Shown piece by piece: positions 26,049 through 40,570 of a stretch of 64,000 nt of DNA. The DNA lies in contig NC_043015.1 in NCBI RefSeq assembly GCF_006345805.1, positions 39,308,001-39,372,000 of the forward strand, written 5' to 3'. Numbering within the stretch: position 1 is the stretch's first letter; every line of letters starts with the position of its first letter. Origin of the DNA: Octopus sinensis. Taxonomy: Eukaryota. The position numbers were made by a program, and so were the translations under genes. The notes under the pieces were generated by a model that worked only from the letters and a program-made list of their open reading frames with translations, did not search any database and was not told the origin of the DNA.

Positions 26049-29000
26049 CCTTATTTGTTTGTTTCTTTCCAAAAAATTTTCACTCATTTCCAGAATTATT
26101 GGAATATTCCAGTTGAACCACCATGCCCCATCATCCATGCCCTATTCTCACTGCCATATATTCTATGACATTTTATACACAATTTCTTTGTTTTCCTGCT
26201 TCAATATCAAAGATTAATTAATTGTATCATTTTGAAAGTCCATTTTGCATGCAATAATTTTCAAACAATGGGCTTCCGTACCTTGACTGGCTTCCGTGCT
26301 GGTGGCACATTAAAAGCACCAACCGATCGTGGCCGCTGCCAGGCTCCCCTGGCACCTGTGCCGGTGGCACGTAAAAAGCACCCACTACACTCGCGGAGTG
26401 GTTGGCGTTAGGAAGGAGGCATCCAGCTGTAGAAACTCTGCCAGATCAGACTGGAGCCTGGTGCAGCCTCCTGGCTTCCCAGACCCCGGTCAAACCGTCC
26501 AGCCCGTGCTAGCATGGAGAACAGATGTTAAACGATGATGATGATGATGATGTACAAAAGACTCAGCCTTAATAGTTTTGAATAGCAGATTCCTTTGCTA
26601 TTGCCTCTATTTGACAATAGAGGTCCCTGATGACTTTCCATACTGCTGACAATAACATCACTATATTGATAATATCTTCTTATTTTTTATAGGAGAATGG
26701 TTAGTTCCTTTAATATATTCCTAGGGGGTTTCCTTAAGTGTATTCATGTTAAATGTGCAAATGATTACAATAGTTAAGATTCTTGCTCTACAAATTCTTT
26801 AGAAATTTCATTAAGTTTGTAGGTAAAAACATTAATAAGAAAAAATAAATCATTTTACCTAATCGTTTAGTTGAGAATGTCATTCGAGTTTTGTCTTCTC
26901 GTCGAGGTCCACAAGAATATTCGGTTCTCTTCGCGGGACACTCCCATGAGCCATCCAAATGACAGTTGCATCGAAATTTGAAACAGTTTTCAATGAAGTT
27001 GAAAGTCCTGCCAAGAGGAAATTCAGCGCCATTGATGACACAACTTCTTACATTCTCCTTCTTCATGATATACATGCTCCATGTATAAGCTGGGTGAAAA
27101 AGAATTTTCATAAATTGTTGGATAAAATGAAGAACTTGCAAATAAAATGATATTTTGAAGGATCAATGTTGGCTTTTAATTAAAATAATAATAATAATGA
27201 AATTATTGTATACAGTGCTCAGGTGCACCACAACTTGTCAGAAAGTGTGTATAAAGTGTATGCAGTAATGTACAAATGTCTGGAAAGCGAACAGTGTATG
27301 AGTCAGATAGATGCTTGTGTGTGTATGGAGGGGAGGAAATCAGGTGTAGTGTTGGCGAATCTCAGAAAGCATGGAAGTTTTGAAGGATGCAGAGCTCTGA
27401 CAACTAACAACCGATGCCGGCAGTTTGTTCCATGCTTCAGCAACTCTCAGTGTGAAAAAATGTTTCCTAAAGTCATGGAATGGAATTATCACGAAATGGA
27501 CCAAAGATTTGAAAATCTGGCTTCCTGACTCTTTGAAAGTCTTATACAGAAATGTCTAGTATTGGATGGAATGAAGACACGTGGGTTAGCGGTGAGGTTG
27601 TTTGGTTCACCAGCAGGCTGTTCAGTTGAATGGATCAACATGAACGCTCGTTATCGTGACTAAGAAAGCGCCAGTTATTACTGGATGGAAAATAAAATAA
27701 ATTAGAAGACAAGAGATTTTTTTTTTTTTTGGTAATCTCCCCGACATTTAAGAAGATTAAAAGTTTGTATCTGTTCAGAAATACAACTAATTATTCAACT
27801 GATCAAAAATAAAGAACACATTTAAATAAGGGAGAAACAAAATAACGTCCTTACTTTTTCTAGCTGTTTCTGTGTGAGCTGAGCGACATGTGAACTGAGC
27901 CCGTTCTTTTGGACATTCCCAGGAGCCGTTAATTAAACAGTCACACCTGTACTGGAAGCAGCCATAAGAGAAAGAGAACGGTTGACCTAAAGTGTGCCTG
28001 ACCCCTTGGGTCACGCAGAACTTGACCTTTGTTCCGCTGGAAACAACCACGCTTCTGCCATAAACTGAAAAGAAAAGAATTTAAAACATTTAACGTGTTA
28101 CAATGGGGGGAACGAGGTCCTTGCTGAAGACTATGATTATTAACAATGAAAGGTTAACTAAATCAATATTTATAGCAAACTGAACAGAGGCACATTTAAG
28201 CTCAGATCAGTTTGGAGGGGGGAGGGAGGGAGGGAGAGAGAGAGGGAGAGAGAGAGGGAGTGGCAGTGTGTCAATATTGTTCAATGGTTCGTTAATTTTG
28301 CAACACTAAACTGAACTTTACCAAAGATGTGGTCAGAAAAAGAAGTTTAATTCCAAAATGTCTGTCTGTCCTACATGTCAATGTCCGTCTGTCTGTCCCA
28401 CATGTCAATGTCCGTCTGTCTGTCCCACATGTCAATGTCCGTCTGTCTGTCCCACATGTCAATGTCCGTCTGTCTGTCCCACATGTCAATGTCCGTCTGT
28501 CTGTCCCACATGTCAATGTCCGTCTGTCTGTCCCACATGTCAATGTCCGTCTGTCTGTCCTACATGTCAATGTCCGTCTGTCTGTCCTACATGTCAATGT
28601 CCGTCTGTCTGTCCTACATGTCAATGTCCGTCTGTCGTGTAAAACCATGTTTTGAATCGATTGATTGATTTGTTTAATAACACTGTATAAGGAAATTTTA
28701 ATTTCTTTTTGTCTTTACCAGTTAAGTGTTATTTCCAATTTGCTTCTATCTAGAAATCAAAAGAAATGGCTATTATTCCCTTCAAACTATGCTTTTGTGA
28801 CCTGGACATCAATGTTTTGAAACTGATCTATTTTCCATTACATTTCAAACAGATTCAGCACTGAGTTGCTGAAACAGAAATATCGTTATAGCAAACATTC
28901 TACTCAACACGACAGACTTTCTTGTCAGATGATTTGACCGTAACCACCTGAGTATGTCCCTTAGTGGCTGACGATAAGAGCATCCCTGATGATGAGCAGG

Positions 29001-29494
29001 AGTAGTGGGGGAGCATCATAGCCATGTGTTGAGAGGGATTCTTTGGGGTTTGAATAAATATCATAACAAAAGCACAGTTTGAAGGAAACATTAACCATTT
29101 TTCATACCGTCCAAGGGTCAGCAAGTAGAGAATAACAGTTGCTCTCCAAGGACAAAGAATCGTGTTACACAATGAAACGAATGGTTTGACTAACGATGTC
29201 TAAAATGGTAATTTTCTTGTGAGTGAACTTACATTGATGTTGTGGCTTCTGTCGTTCTGTGGTCGAACTTCCCTGGCAAATATATTCTGCTTCCTCTGAT
29301 GTACATTCCCAGGACCCGTCTCCATTGCACTGACAATTGTAGCGGAAGCAACCATCAACGAAAGAGAACGGACGGTCCAGGGTATAGTAGCGACCCTTGG
29401 CATGGCAAGCTTTCACTTCGCTAATCACAACCAGACTACGGGATATGGCTGTCGAGGGAAAAGAAAACAAAACACATTTTGAAATTAAACACAT

Positions 29495-29571
<77 letters not shown>

Positions 29572-30468
29572 TGTGTATGTACATATGTGTGTGTGTGTGT
29601 GATCAGAAAGAAAAAATAATGATAAAGATCGATATGTTTCAAGTACCAGTCAATGAAGTTGTGTGGAGATGGAGGTACTATGATAATTGAACCCGAAATT
29701 CTGTGAAAATACGATTCACTGAAGCATAGAGATCCTTATAGACTAGATTAGAGATTGAGTTGGTGGATTCTTGGTCGGTGAAGAATTTGTCTAAGGATGG
29801 TGACAATGGCAACGCTTCTCAGAGTGAATTGATGTTCTTGAGTAAGTTTATAGCAAAACGTGTGGTATGTATGTAGTCGGGGATGTGGGGATAGTACTTT
29901 CTGGGCTAAGAAAGCCGCCTCTTGCAGAAGTTACTCAGCTGTGAAATGGTTGAAGTTTGGGTGAGATTCCTCCCCGTATTTCCTTTAACCGCTTCATGGA
30001 ATCGATCGTGGAACCTTTTCGGTAGTTTTCATGAAATAAGAACGGAACTTATATTTGCACAAAAATATCAAAAGCGTTTAATATTACCGTATTCTTCGAC
30101 GTTTCGACCGGGACACATGTTCTCTGCATCTCTGGCGGGACAGTTCCACGAACCGTCTAATTCACAATGGCAACTGTAACGGAAGCATCGATTTCTGTAA
30201 TAGAACGGTTGTCCTAAAGGATATTGGCTTCCTTCTACTTGGCAGTTGGTCACTTCGAGTCCTTCTGTACGTACCAAAGTGGCACTGAAAACTGAAAGTA
30301 ATTCAAACAAATTTTAACAAATGGAAAAAAAATATATATATATTTCATAAAACATTAATGGTGGAATTATTTTATTGTGTTATTTTTTTTTTAATGCCAA
30401 AATGCTCAACCAGGGGAAGAAATAAACTAAAGTGGTTCTCAAAGACTATCTTTCTTTCTCTCTTTCCT

Positions 30469-30501
<33 letters not shown>

Positions 30502-30590
30502 TTTCTTTCTTTCTTTCTTCTTTCTTTCTTTTTTTCTTTCTTTCTTTCTCTCTATATATGAGTATATATATATATACACACACACACACA

Positions 30591-30674
<84 letters not shown>

Positions 30675-30908
30675 ATATATATGTATGTATATATATATCA
30701 TCATCATCATTTAGCGTCCGCTTTCCATGCTAGCATGGGTTGGACGGTTCAACTGGGGTATGTGAAGCCAGAAGGCTGCACCAGGCTCCAGTCTGATCTG
30801 GCAGTGTTTCTACAGCTGGATGCCCTTCCTAACGCCAACCACTCCGTGAGTGTAGTGGGTGCTTTTTACGTGCCACCCGCACAATATTATGTATATATAA
30901 TTACATAT

Positions 30909-30973
<65 letters not shown>

Positions 30974-30982
30974 TATATACAT

Positions 30983-31036
<54 letters not shown>

Positions 31037-31082
31037 ATATATATATACATACATACATATATATATATATATGGATATATAT

Positions 31083-31158
<76 letters not shown>

Positions 31159-31642
31159 TATATAGAAGGAGTTCTACAGGACTAGTACTGTTTCATTCAA
31201 GAGAAATCTTCAGGAAGCTTCAGGAGCTTCCTGAAGATTTCTCTTGAATGAAACAGTACTAGTCCTGTAGAAGCTCCTTCTATATAATAAATTAATTTTA
31301 CTCTGCTATGTATTGAGTACCTTACTTACTGTGGTTAACCCCGGATCAACCGGGACCTACATATATATATATATATATATATATATACAAGATAAGAAAA
31401 TGGAGAAATACATCTAAATCAAATATCAATGATATTTGATTCAGATGTATTTCTCCATTTTCTTATTTTGTATTATGAATTTGTGGTAAAACATTTTACC
31501 TTTGCCCATATAATACAGTAAACGAATTAATTGCATCGCAATTCTTAACATTTATGTATTAACTTTGTTGGGTACTTCACTAGCAGTATATTGGATATAT
31601 GGTATCCCATGGAGGGTTGCATTTACAACCCCTATCTCAATT

Positions 31643-31688
<46 letters not shown>

Positions 31689-32592
31689 CATACATGTGGC
31701 TCCCTACCACATAGTTCCAGGTTCAGTTCCACAACGCGGCACCTTGGGGGCAAGTGTCTTCTACTATAATAATAATAATGATAATAATAATTCTTTCCTT
31801 ATTGGCCACAAGGGCAGAACATAGAAAACGATACACAGACGTGGAACAGTAAGGTCAAACGTGTAAACAACCAACAAACACAACAACAATAATATAGTTT
31901 AATAAAAGATCGTATCGATAATCATGTCTGACACTTACAGTTCCAAGCGATTTCCTTTCCGCCTTTCTCCTCTTTGCGTTGTTGGCAAATGTTTTCGGTT
32001 TGTGTCGCTGGACATTCCCATCCTCCGTCTTCCTGGCAGTCACAGTGATATTTATAACAGCCATCAACAAAAGAAAAAGGTTGACCCAGAGGATAATGCT
32101 GACCTTTAACTGAACACCCTCTGATATTCACTGCAAACAGAAAGTAAGAGGCATTGTTACGAACGGAAATTTCTCACCTGCACGCACTCACTCACACACA
32201 CACACTCTTCTTAAGCACTCCGTCGGTTACGACGACGAGGGTTCCCGTTGATCCGATCAACGGAACAGCCTGCTCGTGAAATTAACGTGTAAGTGGCTGA
32301 GCACTCCACAGACACGTGTACCCTTAACGTAGTTCTCAGGGATATCCAGCGTGACACAGAGAGTGACAAGGCCGGCCCCTTTAAAATACAGGTACAACAG
32401 AAACAGGAAGTAAGAGTGGTAGAAAGTTGTGGTGAAAGAGCACAGCAGGGATCACCACCATCCCTGCCGGAGCCTCGGGGAGCTTTAAGTGTTTTCGCTC
32501 AATAAACACTCACAACGCCCGGTCTGGGAATCGAAACCGCGATCCTACGACCGCGAGTCCGCTGCCCTAACCACTGGGCCATTGCGCCTCCA

Positions 32593-32630
<38 letters not shown>

Positions 32631-34178
32631 ATAAAAGAACAGGGAGTAGAAATCTAGGCAGGTACTTTATTAGCATTCTGATATAGTCCAGATCTGGCTA
32701 ACCACATCGAATGATAGAGAATAGTCAGAATCGTTTAAGATAAACAATTAAAAGGTACAGTATTCGATAGGTTAATCCTAAGTCCGCTTAATTGGATTTC
32801 AGGCAGTTTGCAGAACAGAATATACAATCAAGACACCAGAAAAAGGAATGGAGACCTATACATCTTCAAAATTTATTCTTCAAAGTATTTTCTCATCAAC
32901 TTCGAATCCAACACGTGTTTCTGTTGTTAAGTGTCCTAGACTACGTTTATTTAGTGGTTATGTGCATTTAGTTGATCTAAATCAAATCAGTTGCAGTACT
33001 TATTCGTCCAAGGTTTGCAGTTTTGTTCAATGTATTACCCAAAGAGGTGCGTGAAGCGAATTGAAGATCCAGGTATTTAGATATGCATTCTTAATGCATA
33101 TTCCAAATGAGGGACCATAAAATACCAGAGTACAGGTAGTGCTGGATTAACCATTAAGCAAAATAAGAACGTTTTTAGGGCATTAAGAGAAGGAGGGGGC
33201 ACCATAGAAATGATAAATAGTTTACGGCACAAAAGAAATCACTTTAAACTTGCTAAAATAATATTCAGGATGCCTTTATATCTACTAAGTGTAGATGCCG
33301 ATGTGTTACCTAAGATTAATACATAGAGTGTAACAGACTGGCCCTTTAAAATACAGATAATATTCATTTTTGCCAGCTGAGTGAACTGGAGCAACGTGAA
33401 ATAAAGTATCTTGCCCAAGGACACAACGCGTCGCCGGGAATTGAACTCACGACCTTACGATCATGAGCCAAATATCCTAGCCATTTAGCCACGCTACTTC
33501 ACGGCAAACGATATACCGAAGCTCTTAGCACGCTTTTCCGCCAACAAATTAATATTAAGATTTTTAACAAGGAAATTTGCAGCGTTTAAATGCTGAATCT
33601 CGCTAGGAAATTCATTGAAAGTTCTTCGTTTTAAGTTACTTATATCAGATTCAACAACAATATGAACCGTAATTTCTTTTTTTTTTAATAAATCGAATCT
33701 CAGAGACTCGAATATCGTGGGTTTTCAGACAATTGACCAGTGTATCCAAACATAAGCACAGTTCTGATAATGAAGGGGCCACCTCAACACTGTTACGTCA
33801 ACATTTGCTTATCAAAGTAATGGGAGAGGATATATAGAGAAATTGTGAACTCTGGGACGACTTAGAACAGCATTGGAACACGGGGCAACACTAAAAGATA
33901 AAGAGAACAGAAGGGGGCAGAATTAGAACATGGCGCTTTCGGACATTGTACAGCGTGAGGACTGTACATGAGTGAATTATAGTAAACGATGAGAATTGCA
34001 CGAGAACTTTCGAAGTTTATGTGTATAAATAATGAATTGATCATCGATAGACCCTGGTGCCATTCGGGAATTGATGGCTTATACATACATACATACATAC
34101 ATACATACATACATACATACATACATACATACATACATGCATACATACATACATACATACATACATACATACATACAC

Positions 34179-34211
<33 letters not shown>

Positions 34212-35830
34212 CATACATACACACACACATACATGCATACATGTATGTATGCATACATACATACATACATACATACATACGCACACATACATATATACAC
34301 ACACATACATACTTATGTACATACATACGAACAGACACATGCACACACATACAGACAGACACACATACACACATATACATACATACAAACAGACAGACAC
34401 ATACATACATACATACATACATACATACATAATACACACATACGTACATGCAGACAGACACACATATATTTGGCCAAAAGTCACCCAACATTGAATCAAA
34501 ATTCCATAAATACTTAATATTCAATTTCATTTATTCATTCCAATTATGAATGCTTAATATTTGAATGCTCTGAGTTAAAATCACCGTTTGATTTTTCTTC
34601 AACATTTGTCTGTTTATTAGCGAAGTCTCATTCTGTTGTTAAACAAATAAATCTTGGAATTAAATGGGTTTGGATTTACTGTCAGGTGTCTTTTGGCCAA
34701 TCCTGTATACATACAGACATGCATACACACTCATACACACGCACACATATACGATATATTTATTACTGAAAGAATCTGACGAAAATACAGACACAGGTGA
34801 TCAAAAAATAAAGAATTCAATGCTGATTCCGGGCAAAGATTGAATTTTGTCAGTTGCCAGATCGAAAGACCAAACATTGTCTCTGAGTCTCTGAGAAATT
34901 CATCACCAAACATCACAAAACATTCATTAATTCCTCGACAGAGGTTAATTATCACCTTTGATGCATTTACTTACGCTGAAAGGTAGAATTTTTTTGGCTT
35001 TGCTTAGATTCATCTCGACAGATATCCTCAGTTGTCGCCGCCGGACAGTTCCAAGAGCCATCGAGAAAACATTGGCATTTGTAGAGGAAGCAGCCGTCCT
35101 CGAAAGAGAAGGGCGCACCTAATTCATAGTACTTATTTTTGACTAAACAACCCTCTTGACCGAATTCAGTTATGATTTCGTGTATACCTATTGGTAAAAC
35201 AGACATAAAAAAAAGAACCGATTACAGTCAAGGCTTCAACTGTATTAGTGATGTCTCTGTTAGTGTTACGAGTTGATTGTTATTCTTGGAACACCAATGT
35301 TTCTGGTAGTTTGTTACAGAAAGTTGCCATTCTGGTGTGGGTCAGTAGGTTTAGTCAACAAAGAACTCATTCCTGTGTCTATGCAACTGCGTTTAGTCGC
35401 GAAGTCTTGTTACCTTAATTCTTACCATTAGTGTAACTCATTAGAATAAAGAAAATGGTGAGTGTAAAAACCGATTAGAACTGTTATTCAGGTGACAGTG
35501 CGAAGAGAAGGCGGTAAAACCCGTCTTCCTTCTCTTTGAAAGACAATGTGCAGACACGCTTGGTGATGGTTAACGATGGTTAGTGATGATTAATGTTGCT
35601 CAGTGATGGTTATTCATTGTTAGTGTTGGTTAATGAAGTTTAAACGATGGTTAATGATAGTTCTCACGATGTGCAGATTAGTCACGGTTCAGTTCAGTCG
35701 ATTATCGCTGAAGATTTGGGTATGAGACGAGTGTCTGCCAAGTTTGTGCAAAAGATCTCTTTGACTGTGCCGAGAACAACATTCGCAGACACACACACAC
35801 ACACACACACAGAGACACAGACACACAGAG

Positions 35831-35865
<35 letters not shown>

Positions 35866-37561
35866 CACACACGCACACACACAGAGTCACACACGCACAC
35901 ACACACACGCACACACACACATTCCTTCCAAGTACTGCTGTAAACAGCCGAAGTGAGCTACAAACGTTAAAACTTAGTGCGCATGCACTGCTGAACTCAA
36001 GGTCAATCTGTGCCAAACAGCCTTTACTCTGTGTGCTTTAGCTTCGTTACTATGGCAACAGTCCGGATACTAATTGATCAGACTACGTATATGTATGTGC
36101 GTGTATGTGTGTGTGTGTGCATATGTCTGTGCGTGTGTGCGCGTGTTGCGTCTGTAGATTATTTCCAGAGTGAAGTCGTTCGGCAAAGATTGACTTTGAA
36201 TTCTTCAGTGCACGCGCACCAAGTTTTAACTCCTTCCGTTGTTCGCATTTGTGCTTCGCAGGTGTGCAGCACGTGATCGCCGCGTTGACCACGGCAGAGA
36301 AAGTTGCCATGGCGACACGTTCTCAGAGGCCAACGCAAAACTGGAGAAAGTCTATGGAGAGGAATGTATGAGTCGCACACAAGTCTAGGAATGGTTCAGA
36401 CGTTTCCAAGATGGACGAAACAATGTCGTTCAAAAGGAGTTCCTATACTTTGGTGAGTTCGTCGATGCCGCCATCACACCCCCCCTTCTTCCCCACCACA
36501 ACATTTTTTCAACATCTTCATTGCAAGGCTAACGGAGTTCAAACTGCGACTGAATATTGATAATCGTTATTTAGCTCTGTAGAATCTTCCATGAAGATAA
36601 GGAATAGATTTTATCTCCAAATTTTTTTGTGTGTTTGACTAAAATGCGCCAAACTTTCAATAAGTTTAAAGCAGAGTGCGGTACATTACTATATCCACAA
36701 CCCCCTATCCTGCAGATATGAGAAGATATGGGTGTGACGTCACATCCTATCCGAACGAATGTAGGTATAGCGGTGATCAACTGTTTTCTCTAAGCTATAT
36801 AGGGGTACCACCTTGTGGTACAATTTTAAGTCTGGAATATGCTGCTGCCTTCATAACTGCGTATTATGCAGTATTGCATAACGCAGAGTCTACACTTCAC
36901 TGATGAGGTTTAATAGCAACGGAATAATTCCGAAGTTGTCCCCCATACTTGGTGAAATAAGACAATATTAGTCGTTAAATTTCCTCACCACATAATTATT
37001 TTAAATTTCAGTAATTATTGTATTAATTATGGTAGCGTATTGTTCTTTTCATGGAGATGGCATTAAGTAATTAACCTCAGTAACACACTTATATAAATAC
37101 GTTTTGAAGTATCATTACTCAGTGTACAAAAAAAAACTAAAGCAAGATGAGGGGAGACTACTTCACTGATGATAACTCAACTAAGAGTTGTCTTCCTTGA
37201 GAGACCATCTTGTTACCGTATTTTAATTTCTGAATAGTTTAGTAATTAAATTTACTTTCACATTCTAGAGTGAAACTCCTTGGACCATCACATGACACCT
37301 GTGAATCTTGAGTAACTTCACGTCAACCCAGTTAAAATGTACATACATACATACATACATACATACATACATACATACATACATACATACATACATGCAT
37401 GCATGCATGCATGCATACATACATACATACATACATACATGCATGCATACATACGTACGTACGTACGTACGTGCGTACGTACGTACATGCGTACGTACGC
37501 ATGCATGCATGCATGTATGTATGTATGTATGTGTATATAAATGTGTCTGTGTGTGTATATG

Positions 37562-37650
<89 letters not shown>

Positions 37651-39856
37651 GTGTATTTCGTTTTTGTATGAATTCTTTATAGGAATTCGAGTGTCGAAGC
37701 ATATTTTATTGTGTCTGGGGACAGACATTTTCATTTAGTGTCTTATTGCTTAACACACTCACCGTTCAATAGTCAACGACTATTGAGAAGGTTGCAAGAC
37801 GCAACGAACATTTTAGAAAAAAGATATGAGTGGAAATCGAACCGGTGAGTGTGTCAAATAATAAGACACCAAAAGACACAATAATATATATATATATATA
37901 CATACAGACACACACACACACATATATATATACATATATACATACATACGTACATACATACACACACACACACATACACGAGGTCTGATCAATAAGTATT
38001 TGGACAGTTGCTATAGTAACGAGGCTAAAGCACGCGCAGAGTGAAGTCGCTTGGGAAAGATTGACTTTGAATTCTTCGGTGCACGCGCACCAAGTTTTAA
38101 CGTCCCGGCTCCTCTCTTCTGTTCTTTGCATTTGTGCTTCGCAGGTGTGGAGCACGTGATCGTCGCGTTGACCACGGCAGAGAAAGTTGTCATGGCGACA
38201 CGTTCTCAGAGGCCAACGCAAAACTGGAGAAAGTCTATGGAGAGAAGTGAATGAGTCGCACACAATTCTAGGAATGGTTCAGACGTTTCTAAGATGGCCG
38301 AAAAAATTTCGGGATCTTTTCGGTTTGAACGGCAGTTTTTAACATAATTTCTAGGTAATTAAAAAATGTTAAACTTCGTATACTGGTAGAATGTGTTTAT
38401 AAAACATCTTTTTCTCTTGGCTTTATTCAGAAAATTCGGATCTTTTCGGTTTGAACGGCAGTTTTCTCTAGCGGTGTCACATGAAATTGTCACCCATAAT
38501 TATAACCCTAGTATCGATCTATTGCATTTCAATCTGTTTTAGAGTTAGGGTGGGGGGAAGGGTATCTTTTTTTTTCTTCAGAAATGTAAATAAACCCAAT
38601 CTGTTTCTTAAACGAGGGACATATTCATACGGCACAGAATTTTTTTTTACCTCAATAGACGTCAGTGATTGGTTGAAATTGCAGAAATTGAAGAAAAAAA
38701 ACAACAAATATCTTACAAGCTATAGAATTTTCGGATCTTTTCGGTTTGAACGGCAGTTTTTTTCTAGCGGCATCATATGAAATTGTCACCCATAATTATG
38801 ACCCTAGTATCAATCTATTGCATTTCAATCTGTTTTAGGGTAAGGGTTAGAGTTAGGGTTAGTTAGGATTTGGGTGGGGGGAAGGTGTCTTTTTTTCTTC
38901 AGAAATGTAAATTAACCCAATCTGTTTCTTAAACGAGGGACATATTCATACGACACAGAATGTCTTTTTTTTTTACCTCAATGGACGTCATTGATTGGTT
39001 GAAATTGCAGAAATTGAAGAAAAAAACAACAACAAATATCTTACAAACCATAGAATTTTCTCAATAAAGCCAAGAGAAAAAGATGTTTTATAAACACATT
39101 CTACCAGTGTACGAAGTTTAAAAGTGTTTAGTTACGTGGAAATTATTTAAAAAAACTGCCGTTCAAACCGAAAAGATCTCTTTCAGCTGACCAAAATGAC
39201 TCGGGTTTCAGTTGCACAAGACATAACAGTTATATATAGACACACGCACACACACACATTCCTTCCAAGCACTGCTGTAAAACAGCCGAAGTGAGCTACA
39301 AACGTTAAAACTCAGTGCGCATGCACTTCTGAACTTAAGGTCAATCTGTGCCAAACAGCTTTACTCTGCGCGCTTTATCTTCGTTACTATGGCAACAGTC
39401 CGGATACAAATTGATCAGACTACGTACGTGTATGTGTGTGTATATGTGCGTGTATGTGTGTGTGTGTGTGTGTGTGTGCACGTGTTGCGTGTGTAGATTA
39501 TTTCCAATGTTCTATTGTACTAGAACTGGTTGTAAACCACAGCTCTAAGCCCTTTAATTTACGAATCTCCCAATATATTTTGCTGAGTCTGTACTTTATA
39601 ATGACCAGTGTTTTTATCCCTTATTTTCATATCTTGTTGCTAGCATCGAGTTCACTTTCTATCTTAGTCTAACTCTTCAGAACTAGTCTTCCCCTATTTC
39701 TCTCCTTCATTTCCCCGTGCCCTCCCCTACCAGTTCCATCTCCTTCCAACTATTTCAGTGGCAGCTTATAGGAGATGGTCTCGGAGTTTGTCTGTAACAT
39801 TTGAAGACACTGGTTGAGTTCACTCAAAACATTTCTTTAGGCAGTTAGAGTTATTA

Positions 39857-39904
<48 letters not shown>

Positions 39905-40538
39905 TTATTACATTTATAGCAAGTCTGGAAAAGATTAAAAATGAGAAATTCTGATCAATAAATTCAATTATTTGACAACGCCTTCCCATTTCTTCCCATT
40001 TCTTCCCATTTCTTCTCGTTCCTTCTCATTCCTTCCCATTTCTTCCCATTCCATCCCGTTCCTTCCCATTTCTTCCCATTCCTTCCCATTTCTTCCCATT
40101 TCTTCCCATTTCTTCCCATTTCTTCTCATTCCTTCCCATTCCTTCCCATTTCTTCCCATAGCTTTCCATTTCTTCTCGTTCCTTCACATTCCTTCCCATT
40201 CCTTCTGATTCCTTCCCATTTCTTCCCATTCCATCCCATTTCTTCCCATTCCTTCTGATTCCTTCCCATTTCTTCCCATTCATTCCCATTCCTTCCCATT
40301 TCTTCCCATAGCTTCCCATAACTTCCCATTTCTTCTCGTTCCTTCCCATTTCTTCCCATACCATCTGATTCCTTCCCATTTCTTCCCATTTCTTCTCATT
40401 CCTTCTCTTCTACTCTTTTACTCAACGAAACTAACTTTTCGTTAACGTTTCTCCGGGACATCTCTCATTGAGCACACCAGCCATGACTATCCCGTATTTT
40501 CCTCCACTTCGTCCTCCTGATCATCATCATCATCAGAA

Positions 40539-40570
<32 letters not shown>

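Noticed and set aside
28292-28668. (SVCPTCQCP)n ORF resembling a metal-binding or keratin-associated protein
   Set aside because: A 27-nt intronic minisatellite open in several frames on both strands, with no splice or start context.
29600-30040. Higher-complexity intronic stretch, possibly a retroelement relic
   Set aside because: No motif that I could assign with confidence.
32500-32590. tRNA-like sequences (also approx. 53140-53229, 41215-41280, 17380-17444)
   Set aside because: They are heads of SINEs with attached bodies, and I could not fold a full cloverleaf.
36895-37200. CTGATGA motifs near 36900 and 37166, and GAAACGTA near 44067, as hammerheads
   Set aside because: The partner core box or stem II is missing.
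39968-40389. [10 protein letters not shown] repeat ORFs; possible CRISPR-like or telomeric array
   Set aside because: A degenerate decamer satellite with no unique spacers, and not TTAGGG-like.
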